From: Coriobacteriales bacterium
Lineage (GTDB): Bacteria; Actinomycetota; Coriobacteriia; Coriobacteriales; UBA8131
Length of the DNA: 64,000 nt
NCBI GenBank assembly: GCA_031256715.1
Contig: JAIRQA010000040.1
Coordinates: 16,736-80,735 of the forward strand
Direction: 5' to 3'
Within the stretch, counting starts at the first letter, position 1; the number at the start of each line of letters is the position of its first letter. The notes beneath the pieces are model-generated. The model saw only the letters and a list, made by a program, of their open reading frames with translations. It made no database searches and was not told the DNA's origin. Both the position numbers and the translations under genes were made by a program. Positions 1 to 11,246 of the stretch are shown piece by piece.

Positions 1-413
1 ATATGATTGATACTGTCAGGCAACTGAAGATGCTTGCTCGCCTTATCTTCTAGCTCTGTTTCGGCCTTGCTATCTAACTTATAGCCATGCGCATCAAAAA
101 ACTTTATGCCATTGTATTGTGGGGCGTTATGCGATGCAGAGATAATAATCGCACCATTAGCATTAAGCTTGCGGGCAAGTAGCGCAACCGCCGGTGTAGG
201 CACGATGCCTGCCAGCAAAACATTGCCGCCTGCACTAGTTATACCTGCAACCAACGCTGCCTCTAGCATTGTGCCACTTCGGCGTGTGTCGCGACCAACA
301 ACAAGGCATTTGCCTAAAACAGAAACGGCGGATTTGCCTAAAGCGCTAGCAAGCTCGCATGTTAGCTCACTATTAGCAATGCCGCGCACGCCATCTGTTC
401 CAAAGTACTTCAT
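1..413 (-). CDS. glmM: phosphoglucosamine mutase, N-terminal part (gene runs off the left edge of the window)
   Basis: Reverse-strand translation from ATG (413-411) reads MKYFGTDGVRGIANS... and further in IIISASHNAPQYNGIKFF (phosphohexomutase active-site Ser loop). It is absent from the ORF track because there is no stop in the window. Conserved rplM-rpsI-glmM order. Confidence 0.9.
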   Translation of the reverse strand, partial: MKYFGTDGVRGIANSELTCELASALGKSAVSVLGKCLVVGRDTRRSGTMLEAALVAGITSAGGNVLLAGIVPTPAVALLARKLNANGAIIISASHNAPQYNGIKFFDAHGYKLDSKAETELEDKASKHLQLPDSINH

Positions 414-576
414 ATGTTTCCCTCGCACTTTGCCCTTTCTTTGTTTATCTGGCTTGGCATGCTGAAGTCACTGCCATAGCGCAAACACTCTATAGTACTT
501 ACCCACGCCATCGCTGCTTGTCTGGCTTAGTATGTCTTTGTCGGCGGTTGCGCACCAGTTTCTCTTTATTAGCTTT

Positions 577-607
577 TAAAAAAAGAGCCCACGAAAACCG
601 TGGGCTC
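577..607 (-). terminator. rho-independent terminator downstream of rpsI
   Basis: On the minus strand GAGCCCACGG-TTTT-CGTGGGCTC is followed by a T-run (TTTTTTT). It lies 26 bp after the rpsI stop. Confidence 0.75.
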
Positions 608-632
608 TGTAAAACACAGTTTTCTAAGAATC

Positions 633-1028
633 CTAACGCTTAGAGAACTGAGGACGTTTACGCGCCTTCTTTAAACCATATTTTTTGCGCTCAACCATAC
701 GCGGGTCTCTGGTAAGAAAACCAGCGCTTTTTAGCTCGCCGCGATAATCGCCTGCGGTAAGTAGTGCGCGAGCGATGCCATGTCGCAAAGCGCCCGCCTG
801 ACCAGAAACGCCACCACCATTTGCGGTAGCAATAACATCAAAATGATCTACAGTGTCTGTGACCTTAAAAGGTGTAAGTGCATAGTTAAGCAAAGCTTCG
901 CGCCCAAAGTAGGCTTGACCATCGCGACCATTAACGGTGACTTTGCCAGTGCCAGGCATCAAGCGAACGCGCATGATGGCGTTCTTGCGACGACCGACTC
1001 CAATATAAATTGCATCATTTTCTGCCAT
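633..1028 (-). CDS. rpsI: 30S ribosomal protein S9
   Basis: 131-aa ORF with [12 protein letters not shown] near the N-terminus and a C-terminal ...[14 protein letters not shown], typical of S9. Directly downstream of rplM. Confidence 0.95.
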   Translation of the reverse strand: MAENDAIYIGVGRRKNAIMRVRLMPGTGKVTVNGRDGQAYFGREALLNYALTPFKVTDTVDHFDVIATANGGGVSGQAGALRHGIARALLTAGDYRGELKSAGFLTRDPRMVERKKYGLKKARKRPQFSKR

Positions 1029-1033
1029 AGATA

Positions 1034-1468
1034 CTAACCCTCCAAACTAATCTCACGCGGCTGTTGTGCCTGATGTGGATGTTCAGGGCCCGCATAGACC
1101 TTAAGCTTTTTACCTTGAGCTCGTCCAAGTGTGTTCTTTGGCAGCATGCCTTTTACGGCGTGCTCTATAACGCGCTCTGGATGACGCTCCATGGCACGAG
1201 CAAAGGGCTCTTCCTTAAGACCGCCTGGATAGCCGCTGTGCGAATAATAGGTTTTACTAGAAGCCTTGGCACCAGTAACCTTAATTTTGTCTGCATTAAT
1301 GACAATCACAAAATCGCCCACATCTACATGTGGAGTATATTGCGGCTTGTGCTTGCCTTTAAGAATCTGTGCGGCTGTAGACGCAACACGACCAAGAACT
1401 TGGTCTTCAGCATCTATTAGCAGCCACTCCCGCGTGACCTCGCCGGGTTTTGCATAATAGGTCTTCAC
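1034..1468 (-). CDS. rplM: 50S ribosomal protein L13
   Basis: The 190-aa track ORF is over-extended. GTG at 1468-1466 gives [30 protein letters not shown]..., a canonical L13 N-terminus, with a GAAGGA RBS upstream. Confidence 0.9.
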   Translation of the reverse strand: MKTYYAKPGEVTREWLLIDAEDQVLGRVASTAAQILKGKHKPQYTPHVDVGDFVIVINADKIKVTGAKASSKTYYSHSGYPGGLKEEPFARAMERHPERVIEHAVKGMLPKNTLGRAQGKKLKVYAGPEHPHQAQQPREISLEG

Positions 1469-1812
1469 AATAATTAATCCTTCTGGTAATAGAAAGCTGT
1501 TTGTGTTTGCTTCGAGTGCTAAGATGTTTGGCATCAGCTGGACGTTCCGAAGCCTAACATCAAAAACGCTTTTTGCAAACAAACAAGTAAGTAAGCAAAC
1601 AAGCAAACAAACGCGGCACTCACAAACATGTTTCTGATCGTCATCTTAAAGATTTCACGGGGCTCTAAGAAACGAACCTAATATTTTATAGGAAACCTGC
1701 TTATGCGGCAAGAGAGCAAACAAAGTAATTTGCCAAAAGTCACAAAAAGGCAGCTTAACGCCAGCTTATGGCTGTTGCCGCCCCCCTTTTTTATCTCTCA
1801 CCCGTACCCTCC

Positions 1813-2073
1813 TTACGAAAGTGGCAATCCCGCCTCCCATTGTCCGGCTATCTGTTCGCAGTCGTCAAAGGTAAGTGTGCCTTCGCCTAACGCACCCGAG
1901 GCTATCAGACCGCTAACAATAGGTGGTCCATCATGCATGGCGCGAAATCCGGCCGCGTCTACAGTGCCACTGGTAACATCGCCAACAACTTGCGCTACGC
2001 CAAAGGCACGCAGTGACGATAGCCAAACAAAGCGACCTTTGGCCAGAGGGCTTGTGTTTGCTGTGCTATTCAT
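1813..2073 (-). CDS. hypothetical small protein (86 aa)
   Basis: Only ORF in the rplM-purA gap with ordinary amino-acid composition; the overlapping + ORF is P/S-rich antisense-like. No recognisable motif and no clear RBS. Confidence 0.3.
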   Translation of the reverse strand: MNSTANTSPLAKGRFVWLSSLRAFGVAQVVGDVTSGTVDAAGFRAMHDGPPIVSGLIASGALGEGTLTFDDCEQIAGQWEAGLPLS

Positions 2074-2151
2074 GCTGTGCTATTCGCAAGCGCCTATTTG
2101 CAAAAGAATTATTCTAATGTGTACAATCTTTAAGCTCGAAGCATCTTTGAT

Positions 2152-3681
<1,530 letters not shown>

Positions 3682-3686
3682 TTATT

Positions 3687-4427
3687 ATGCAGAATGAAGA
3701 AGAAAATGCCATTGGACTTAGTGATGGTGTAAGTGATAGCGTTTATGCTAGTGCAAACGGTGACGGTGGCGGCTGTGCCGGCAGCGGTGCTAGCGGTGGT
3801 GCCAGCGGCTGTACTAGCGGCGGCGCCAAAGGCGACTCAAGTGATAGCGCCATTGCATGCAAAACTGCCATTATTGTTGTAGACATGCTGAACGACTTTG
3901 TAACCGGCTCGTTGGCCTGCGAACGCGGAGCAGCTATTGTACCTGCGCTGGCTCGTTTACTAGATGGGGCGCGGCGTGCTGGTTGCGATGCCAACGGGAT
4001 TGCGAATGTGCCCATAGTTTACGCCAACGACTGTCATTTACCTGGTATCGATCACGAACTTAAACTTTGGGGAGAACACGCCATGAAAGGTACTTATGGT
4101 GCCGAGGTCGTGTTAGAACTTGCACCAAAAGCGACAGACTACATCGTGCCCAAGCGCCGTTACAGCGGTTTTTTTATGACTGACATGAACATTTTACTGC
4201 GCGAGCTTGGGGTTAATACCGTGGTGATGACTGGCTTGCACACCCACATGTGTGTGCGCCACACAACCGCCGATGCCTACATGCACGGCTATGATGTGGT
4301 GGTGGCAAGCGATGCCACTGACGCATTTACAGAACAAGATTACCTGAGTGGCTTAGAGTACCTACGCACAGTTTACGGCGCCATGATTGCCACAGTAGAC
4401 GAGATTGTTGATGCCTTTTCGCGTTAG
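3687..4427 (+). CDS. isochorismatase-family cysteine hydrolase (nicotinamidase-like) with a G/S-rich N-terminal extension
   Basis: AIIVVDMLNDF (catalytic Asp), KRRYSGF (Lys) and GLHTHMCVRHT (Cys) spacing typical of the isochorismatase/PncA fold. GAGGGA RBS. Confidence 0.75.
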   Translation: MQNEEENAIGLSDGVSDSVYASANGDGGGCAGSGASGGASGCTSGGAKGDSSDSAIACKTAIIVVDMLNDFVTGSLACERGAAIVPALARLLDGARRAGCDANGIANVPIVYANDCHLPGIDHELKLWGEHAMKGTYGAEVVLELAPKATDYIVPKRRYSGFFMTDMNILLRELGVNTVVMTGLHTHMCVRHTTADAYMHGYDVVVASDATDAFTEQDYLSGLEYLRTVYGAMIATVDEIVDAFSR

Positions 4428-4547
4428 GTTTGCGCATTGTGTTGTGCTAATGAGCTTTATGTAAGAACTTTTTATGTCGAGAAGTGCCAACTTCGTGATG
4501 CACTACATAATTGCAAGGTAAAAGTTAGTGGCGTGATGTGCTTTGGC

Positions 4548-5591
4548 TTACGCTCGCGCAATAGCTTCTTTTAGCAGTCTTTCTAGAAGAGTTGCCAAAT
4601 TTATATCTTCTGCTTTGCAGGCCATAGGAACTAACGAGTGCTCGGTCATACCTGGCGAGGTGTTTATCTCTAAGACGTAGGCTTTGGCGTCGCTCATGTT
4701 AGTGTCTTGCTTGGCGTTTGCTTTGTGTCCCCAAATCATGTCTACTCTAGACAGGTCGCGACAGCCAAATGCGCGATGCACGCTAACAGCTGCTAGCTTA
4801 ATAGCATCTAGCGCTGTGGCTGGTAAGGACGCGGGGCGCGGTGGGCAATAGTAATCTACCAACTCGCTGTCTAAGCGCGCATCGGTATTAAAGAAGCCTT
4901 GTTTTGGAGCTATCTCTACGGGGGCAAGCGCATAAGCATTACTTCCGCTGCCAAGTACGGTTACAGCAAGCTCAACGCCGTTTATCCAAGGCTCCAGTAA
5001 GACTTCGTTATCAAACGATAGTGCGTCAAGTAGAGCTATTGCCAGCTGCTCTTTATTGTCTACGCGAGCAATACCCATGGCAGAGCCGCCGCGCGCAGGT
5101 TTTACGACCAATGGATAGCCGCAAGACAATCTTTTGTTGGCAGGCGAGTCAACTAGATCTAAGGCGGTGGCTAAGCCCATCTCTTTAAATCCGTCGGTCG
5201 GCAGATTAATGGCATTAATAAGTCCAATTCGTGCTAGCATGCTAGTATATGAACTAGTGGTTGTGTTAGCATTTAAATAGGCCAAAACAGCATGAGGCAA
5301 GACACTTTTATTCCACGCCATGCGACAAACGCCAGCGCTAGAGCCAACAAAGGGGATGCCCAAAAACTCTAACAAAGAACAAATAGTGCCATCCTCACCA
5401 GTTTTGCCATGCAAGGCTATATACGCGGCATCTGGCTTTTGTTCTCGCAGAGTCTGAACTAGTTGAGGCGTTGTGTCTAAAGGAAGGACAGTATGACCTA
5501 ACGACTCCAATAGACGTGTGACATTGCGTCCGCTCTCTAGCGAGAACTCTCGCTCGAAAGATGTGCCGCCCATTAACACTGCGATTTTCAT
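4548..5591 (-). CDS. ddl: D-alanine--D-alanine ligase
   Basis: MKIAVLMGGTSFEREFSLESG... N-terminus, ATP-grasp body, and C-terminal EINTSPGMTEHSLVPMA. ATG 5591 with a GGAGAAG RBS is preferred over the TTG 5603 track start. Confidence 0.9.
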   Translation of the reverse strand: MKIAVLMGGTSFEREFSLESGRNVTRLLESLGHTVLPLDTTPQLVQTLREQKPDAAYIALHGKTGEDGTICSLLEFLGIPFVGSSAGVCRMAWNKSVLPHAVLAYLNANTTTSSYTSMLARIGLINAINLPTDGFKEMGLATALDLVDSPANKRLSCGYPLVVKPARGGSAMGIARVDNKEQLAIALLDALSFDNEVLLEPWINGVELAVTVLGSGSNAYALAPVEIAPKQGFFNTDARLDSELVDYYCPPRPASLPATALDAIKLAAVSVHRAFGCRDLSRVDMIWGHKANAKQDTNMSDAKAYVLEINTSPGMTEHSLVPMACKAEDINLATLLERLLKEAIARA

Positions 5592-5762
5592 GGTCTTCTC
5601 CAAATCTTAATTATCCGTTGTAATAATTTGCTGTCTTATGGCTTGCGTTTTGCTATAAGCAGGTTGTTAAATGTCTAACAAAAAGCTATCAGCAAGCTAT
5701 CAAAAAGCTAACAAAAAGCTATCAGCAAGCTATCTATGAGCCATCTACAAGCCATCACTTAA

Positions 5763-7283
5763 CTATCCTTGTATCGCGCCCGCCTGAATAAACGCGCGAT
5801 ATAGTGCCAGGCGGTCTTCGATAACAGCGGCAAGACGCTGAATGGCTTCCTGAATTTTTTCGGGCTCTTCGTAACAAAAAGCAATGCGCATGGCGTTTTT
5901 GCCCTTGCCAGACGTTGCGGGATAACAACCGCTGCCAGGCACGAAAGTGACGCCCTTCTCTAAAGCTACACTAAGCATTTGATCGGCATCCATGTATTCG
6001 GGTAGCGTCACCCAGACAAAGAATCCGCCCTGAGGGTGCGTCCAGGTGGCTTCTGGCGGGAAACACTCATTTAGGGCGGCAAGCATAGCATCGCGGCGCT
6101 CGTGGTACTTGTTGCAAAGCTTAGTTAGCGTTTCTTGCCAAGGCGTGTCATTAAAGTAGTGCTCGACGATAACCTGATTAAGAGCAGAACCGCAAAGGTC
6201 TGTACCCTGCTTAACCATATTAATTTTTTTTAGGATGGGGTGCGGTGCGATTATCCATCCTGTGCGCAAGCCAGGCGCAAAGACCTTAGAGACTGTTCCA
6301 AGATAGACTACGTCGTTGTCTAAAGAGCGCAGAGCAGGCTGTGGCTCGCCGCTATAGCGCAGGCGACTGTAGGGGTCGTCCTCGATAACTAAAATATCAT
6401 ATTCGTGCGCCAGCTTAAGAAGTTCATGACGGCGATCGGAACTCATAGTAACGCCGCCGGGATTTTGAAAAGTTGGAATGGTGTAAATGAATTTGGGCTT
6501 TTTCTGGTTTGCTGAAGTTGCGCCGGCACAGAGTGTGGCAAGCTTTTTGGCCAACAAGTCTGTGCGCATGCCGTGTTCATCAAAGGGGATGGTGTGAATT
6601 TCCGGCTCGTATGCGCTAAATGCCTGAAGCGCGCCCAGATAGGTTGGGCCTTCGGTGATAATTATGTCGCCCTTGTTAATGAAGGCTTTGCCTAGCAAAT
6701 CTAGTGCTTGTTGTGCGCCTGTGGTAACAATAACGTCTGAAGTGGTGATATGAATGTTATTGTCGCGCATCAGATTAACTATGACTTGCTTGGTTTGTGT
6801 GCGACCAGTGGTGTCGCCGTACTGAAGACCAGCTATGCCCTCTGCTAAGACTGCGTTTTTGGCAACCTCGGCAACTTCTGCAAGAGGAAGACGCGCAATG
6901 TCGGGCATGCCGCCAGACAATGAAATAATGTCAGAGCGCGAAGCAGCTGCAAATAGATCGCGCACGGCACTTGTGCGCATAGAATCTACGCGTGATGCAT
7001 AGTTTCCTTGCCACTCGTCAAACTGAATGAGGCCAGGGACGTTCGCATGCCGCGGAGTCTTCAAATCCGTGGTAAATGGCATTGTCGCGTCTTGCGCTGT
7101 CGCACCTGGCGTTGCTGAAGGTGTGGCTGGTGGCGTTGTCGCACCTGGCACTGGTGTTATCGTGGCTGGTGGCGCTGTCGCACCTGGCGTTGCTGAAGGT
7201 GTGGCTGGTGGCGTTGTCGCGCTTGCAACTGTTGTTGTGGCTGGTGGCGCTGTCGCACCTGGCACTGGTGTTGTTGTAGACAT
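5763..7283 (-). CDS. class I/II PLP-dependent aminotransferase (2-aminoadipate/aromatic aminotransferase-like). The first 67 codons are a T/P/A-rich tandem repeat, and the true start may be ATG 7082.
   Basis: SAVRDLF...ISLSGGMP, YTIPTFQNPGG and GTVSKVFAPGLRTGW (PLP-Lys region). The N-terminal PGATAPPATT repeats are encoded by tandem DNA repeats at 7083-7283. Confidence 0.8.
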   Translation of the reverse strand: MSTTTPVPGATAPPATTTVASATTPPATPSATPGATAPPATITPVPGATTPPATPSATPGATAQDATMPFTTDLKTPRHANVPGLIQFDEWQGNYASRVDSMRTSAVRDLFAAASRSDIISLSGGMPDIARLPLAEVAEVAKNAVLAEGIAGLQYGDTTGRTQTKQVIVNLMRDNNIHITTSDVIVTTGAQQALDLLGKAFINKGDIIITEGPTYLGALQAFSAYEPEIHTIPFDEHGMRTDLLAKKLATLCAGATSANQKKPKFIYTIPTFQNPGGVTMSSDRRHELLKLAHEYDILVIEDDPYSRLRYSGEPQPALRSLDNDVVYLGTVSKVFAPGLRTGWIIAPHPILKKINMVKQGTDLCGSALNQVIVEHYFNDTPWQETLTKLCNKYHERRDAMLAALNECFPPEATWTHPQGGFFVWVTLPEYMDADQMLSVALEKGVTFVPGSGCYPATSGKGKNAMRIAFCYEEPEKIQEAIQRLAAVIEDRLALYRAFIQAGAIQG

Positions 7284-7654
7284 GGTGATATTGCCGCCTT
7301 TGTGACCAATGTGTCATATAGGTTTAGTCTGACTATGTCAGTTTTGTGCCTTTTAAGTATAGCTGAGGTGTGAGCAATGCACAGCTACCACAAGCGGCGA
7401 TGCCTGCCCAATGGCAAGGATAATGTCTGCGTAATCATAAGTAATAGTTTTCTGTACGAATATCTAGAGAAAAACTATAGAAATCTAAATGATAAATTTC
7501 ATAAAAAAATAATAAAAATCTCTTGACTATTGGCATGCACAATAGTCTATAATTACACGTTATTTGCCAAGGGGCAATTAGCTTACTTTTCTAGATGGAT
7601 TTCTGGATTATGCAATTGGTTTGGTAAGAACTGAAAAGAAAAGGGTATGCGATC

Positions 7655-8272
7655 ATGATCACCAATAAGGGGTCGCAACAAGACCAACAAGACCCAAAGG
7701 GTCAAAACGTAGTAAAGGGCGGCATTCGTCAAGCTATTTTGATGACGCTAGCGCTTGTCCTTGCGATTTACTCTGCTCCGGTTATGTCGTTTGCAAGTGA
7801 GAATTGTGGTAGTCAACTTGCGCTAGTGCTGCCGCAACTTGAAACCAAGGACTTAACGTTTGATGCGGCAAAAAATTGCTTCGTTTTGGGCGAGCCGCAA
7901 GGGGCAGCTCTAAAGACTGTTGTTGACACGCAGACACCATTGTTTGCTCCAAGTGACATGAGCGGCTGGTCACTTATCAATATTATTTTTAGTGTAATAA
8001 TTGTCATACTGGCTGCAATTACCGGATTTAGGTTTTATAAGCATAAAGAATCCCAAAGCCAAGATGAACAGAAAATAGGCAGCACAAGAAGACCTATTGT
8101 GCTTATTGCGGCAATTGTGGTTGCTTTTGTTAGCGTGGGGGTTGTTGTGGTTACTTCGGAGTTTGATCATAGGATGTTGATTTTTGATATATGGTCTGTA
8201 GATCTTGCTTTAAAGGTAGTTCTTTGTGCCTTTTTAGTTGGATATGTTGTTAAGAAAGACAAGACTGGCTAG
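7655..8272 (+). CDS. hypothetical membrane protein with an N-terminal signal peptide and two C-terminal TM helices
   Basis: ILMTLALVLAIYSAPVMSFA-SE signal-like segment plus hydrophobic helices (IIFSVIIVILAAITGF and IVLIAAIVVAFVSVGVVVV). No family recognised. Confidence 0.5.
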   Translation: MITNKGSQQDQQDPKGQNVVKGGIRQAILMTLALVLAIYSAPVMSFASENCGSQLALVLPQLETKDLTFDAAKNCFVLGEPQGAALKTVVDTQTPLFAPSDMSGWSLINIIFSVIIVILAAITGFRFYKHKESQSQDEQKIGSTRRPIVLIAAIVVAFVSVGVVVVTSEFDHRMLIFDIWSVDLALKVVLCAFLVGYVVKKDKTG

Positions 8273-8803
8273 AAGCTGTTTGCGATGGCGGGGCGCGATC
8301 CCCGTAAAGTTGTGTTTAGATGTATGCAAGAAAGCTCGGTTGGCCCGAAACGCGCACAGGCAACTAGTTATTTAGGACTGATGTCGTTTATATGCATGCA
8401 GGTAACGGCTGCTCGCGGCATACGACTCATTAATAGTTATTTAGCACTGGTGTCGTTTATATGCATGCAAGCCTTTATGTATAGGCCTTCATATGCGCAT
8501 CGCATAATCTACAAAATATCTACATTTATTTGCAGCTTAAATAAGATGGCACTTTACAAACAGGCAGGCATAGCTAAAAAACTCGTGTACAGCGGTTATA
8601 ACAAAAACTTTCGCAATTTTAGAATATTCAACAGAGAAAATTCCTATATTCTCATATAACTGAACTTATTTAGCCGTATCATAGAGTGGTTATGATTAAA
8701 ATAATGTGCCAATAATGAATTGTGTATTTGATTGATGTCAAGTTAATGGGAATTTTCGTTACCGTTACGTTAACCAATCACCACATTATTTCGCTAATTT
8801 GGC

Positions 8804-8832
8804 TAGACAAGCGTTTCGGCTAGTGCTATAGT
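8804..8832 (+). promoter_or_regulatory. candidate sigma-70-type promoter (TAGACA-17 nt-TATAGT)
   Basis: TAGACA 8804-8809, 17-nt spacer, TATAGT 8827-8832. Lies at the end of a roughly 550-bp AT-rich non-coding stretch. Confidence 0.4.
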
Positions 8833-8837
8833 TTAAT

Positions 8838-9060
8838 ATAGCCGTTTGGAGGGGCGGTCGGAAGAGGCAAAACTCCTCAACACTGACACTCCCCAGTTAG
8901 CAATAAGTTACGTACCCTGTCATATCGTTAGGGCTTGGCGCAGCGACCTCGAACACGATGGACCCCCCACCATCATGAGGCAACCAGACACCATTCCCTC
9001 TCCAGAGAAGGGGAGACATTTGCCCCGCCCCCAATGCGAATGTCTCCCCATATTTTTTCT
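8838..9060 (+). ncRNA. candidate about 220-nt transcribed leader or small RNA ending in an intrinsic terminator, immediately upstream of tilS
   Basis: Bounded by the promoter above and the terminator at 9010-9059. GGGGCGG (8850-8856) is complementary to CCGCCCC in the terminator loop (9025-9031). No known riboswitch or RNA class recognised by eye. Confidence 0.3.
9010..9059 (+). terminator. rho-independent terminator or attenuator 24 bp upstream of the tilS ATG
   Basis: GGGGAGACATT (9010-9020) pairs with AATGTCTCCCC (9039-9049) and is followed by ATATTTTTT. Confidence 0.65.
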
Positions 9061-9082
9061 CAACATCTCATACAATATAGTT

Positions 9083-10477
9083 ATGCGCAAAAACAAAGAG
9101 CAGCCAACAAAACTTTTGCTGTCAACGGTTCTAGACACTGTTGAGAGGCACAACATGTTTTCGTGTAGTTTGGCGCCGCTGGTGTTAATGGTAAGCGGTG
9201 GTAGCGACTCTGTGGCTTTAGCAATGCTTGCGCGTGAGCTTTGGTGCTTTGATGGACGCAGGTGTGCCATACTTCACGTTAATCATATGCTGCGTGGCAA
9301 GCAAGCAGACGCAGACGAAAGCTTTGTACGGGAACTGGGTGAGCGCCTGCAGATTCCAGTTTATGTTAAGCGCATAGATGTGATGGCAATTACAGAGCAA
9401 ACTCCTAATGGAAATATAGAGCAGGTTGGGCGCGAACAACGCTACGCCGCCGCTTTTGAACTATTAAAAAAGCTTACGTCTTCAGATGTCGGTCTAGATG
9501 GCGGTCTAGATGTCGGTCTAGATGGCGGCCTAGAAGGTGGTCTAAAGGGTTGCCTAGAGGGTTGCCAAGATGGCGGTCAAGAGCGTTGCCAAGATGGCGG
9601 CCTAGAGGGCAACTTAGAGGCCAACCTAGATGGCGATAAAGATGTAAATTTTAATGTCAACCCGGGAGACAACTTAGAGCGCACCCTAAGAAACGACTTA
9701 GGTGGCAATTACAATGGCAATCTTAGTCACACTATTGGTGACAGCCGTAAGGCGCCTTTCTATTCTGATGGGAGAATTGTTACCGCACACACACTAAACG
9801 ACCGCGCAGAGACCTTTTTAATGCGCGTCATTGTTGGCGGCGGCACCGGATCTCTTTCTTCTACTCCTTATTGTAATGCTAATGTTATAAGGCCGCTATT
9901 GGATTGCAGTCGCGAGCAACTGCGCGGCTATCTGCTTTCTTGTAATCAGGGCTGGCGCGAAGATTTAACTAATGCAGATACTAGGCGCTCGCGTGCGTTT
10001 GTTAGGCACGAGGTCATTCCGCTTTTAAAAAATCGGAATCCCGCTTTTTTAATGACATTAAAATCGACCATGGATGTACTTGCCGTAGACGATGCCGAGC
10101 TTGATGCACAAGCAGATGCATTGTTTTTAAAATACGCAAAGGAAGATCTGCCAGAAAAACTTGCTTTAGATTTGGACATTTGGAAATCTAATATTGGTGA
10201 AGCGTTGCTGCGACGAGTGGTTTATCGCGCGTGCAAGCTGATCATGCCAGCTGCCGCTCGTCCTACTTTTGCGCACATAACAAAGATAGTAAAGCACGCA
10301 AACAATGCCAGATTCGCAACAGATATCCCCGGAGATGTGACGGTTCGTTCTATTTGCGGTAAACTGGTTTTTCGCAAAAAAACGGCAGAAGAAAAGCCAA
10401 AGCACGACCCGCGAAAAAAGCACTCCCCTAGAAAGTATAATGAGGATGCAAAAAATAGCAACACAAGCAAAACATAA
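9083..10477 (+). CDS. tilS: tRNA(Ile)-lysidine synthase with a roughly 98-aa repeat insertion
   Basis: LVLMVSGGSDS PP-loop, HVNHMLRG and TAHTLNDRAETFLMR. Start set at ATG 9083, after the terminator; the track ORF from TTG 8846 reads through the leader. Insertion of GGLD/GGLE repeats at 9476-9769. Confidence 0.88.
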   Translation: MRKNKEQPTKLLLSTVLDTVERHNMFSCSLAPLVLMVSGGSDSVALAMLARELWCFDGRRCAILHVNHMLRGKQADADESFVRELGERLQIPVYVKRIDVMAITEQTPNGNIEQVGREQRYAAAFELLKKLTSSDVGLDGGLDVGLDGGLEGGLKGCLEGCQDGGQERCQDGGLEGNLEANLDGDKDVNFNVNPGDNLERTLRNDLGGNYNGNLSHTIGDSRKAPFYSDGRIVTAHTLNDRAETFLMRVIVGGGTGSLSSTPYCNANVIRPLLDCSREQLRGYLLSCNQGWREDLTNADTRRSRAFVRHEVIPLLKNRNPAFLMTLKSTMDVLAVDDAELDAQADALFLKYAKEDLPEKLALDLDIWKSNIGEALLRRVVYRACKLIMPAAARPTFAHITKIVKHANNARFATDIPGDVTVRSICGKLVFRKKTAEEKPKHDPRKKHSPRKYNEDAKNSNTSKT

Positions 10478-10512
10478 AGAGCTCCCCTAAAGAGCACTAA
10501 AGAGCACTAAAG

Positions 10513-11118
10513 ATGATGCAAAGCAGCAACACAAGCAAAACAAAAAGCACAACACGGCCTGTGAAAGGGGCGGAGATCGAAACACAAGACGATATAAAGC
10601 AGGTGCTATACTCGGCAGAGGAGATTTGTGCTGCTGTAACAAAAATGGGCGAGCAAATTACCCGCGATTACAGTGGTAGGAAAGTTTTACTAGTAACTGT
10701 GTTAAAGGGAGCGTTCGTCTTTCTTGCCGATCTCGCGCGTCAAATTAAAGGCGATGTTGAAGTAGACTTCATGGCGGTGTCTAGTTATGGAGCAGAAGCA
10801 TCCAGTTCGGGTGTGGTGCGCATTATTAAGGATCTGCAGGCACCAGTTGATGGCCGCGATGTTATTATAGTAGAAGACATACTAGATAGCGGACTAACGT
10901 TAAAGTATTTATTAAAAATAATTAATGCGCGAGGACCAAAGTCTATAGAGGTGGCAACGCTACTTTACAAGCAGTGCTTGCAGCAGGCACGCATAGAGCC
11001 TCGCTATGTTGGCTTTATTTGTCCCGATGAGTTTGTAGTGGGATATGGGTTAGACTATGCAGAGAAGTACCGCAATCTGCCCTATATAGGCGTCTTGAAC
11101 GAAAAGGTATATAAATAA
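10513..11118 (+). CDS. hpt: hypoxanthine phosphoribosyltransferase
   Basis: VIIVEDILDSGLTL PRPP-binding loop and FVVGYGLDYAEKYRNLPYIG C-terminal motif. Conserved tilS-hpt-ftsH order. Confidence 0.92.
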   Translation: MMQSSNTSKTKSTTRPVKGAEIETQDDIKQVLYSAEEICAAVTKMGEQITRDYSGRKVLLVTVLKGAFVFLADLARQIKGDVEVDFMAVSSYGAEASSSGVVRIIKDLQAPVDGRDVIIVEDILDSGLTLKYLLKIINARGPKSIEVATLLYKQCLQQARIEPRYVGFICPDEFVVGYGLDYAEKYRNLPYIGVLNEKVYK

Positions 11119-11246
11119 TGGCGATGAATCATATAAATGGGCTTCAGACAGCAAATAAGGAGGGGTTTGGCAACATACCAAACAGTGTATTTGCCAAACA
11201 ATATACATGCTGGACAATATACAAGTAATGACGAGAAGGTATACAA

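Noticed and set aside
106-465. 119-aa + strand ORF at the left edge
   Set aside because: It is the antisense shadow of glmM. The minus strand here encodes MKYFGTDGVRG... and the SASHNAPQYNGIKFF active-site loop.
7018-7317. Three extra ORFs (7018-7317 minus, 7027-7305 plus, 7076-7279 plus) over the aminotransferase 5' end
   Set aside because: All are read-throughs of the same tandem DNA repeat in other frames or strands, and their peptides are pure repeats.
8285-8659. 124-aa ORF in the AT-rich region upstream of tilS
   Set aside because: It contains the duplicated 36-mer (giving YLGLMSFICMQ / YLALVSFICMQ) and has junk-like composition. There is no RBS, so I treat the region as non-coding.
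8838-9009. Assigning the tilS leader to a known RNA class (purine, ZTP, THF, c-di-AMP or cobalamin riboswitch, SRP RNA, 6S RNA)
   Set aside because: I could not find the diagnostic conserved strings of any of these by eye. GGTCGGAAGAGGCAAAAC only loosely resembles the SRP GGAA tetraloop region. It is left unclassified.
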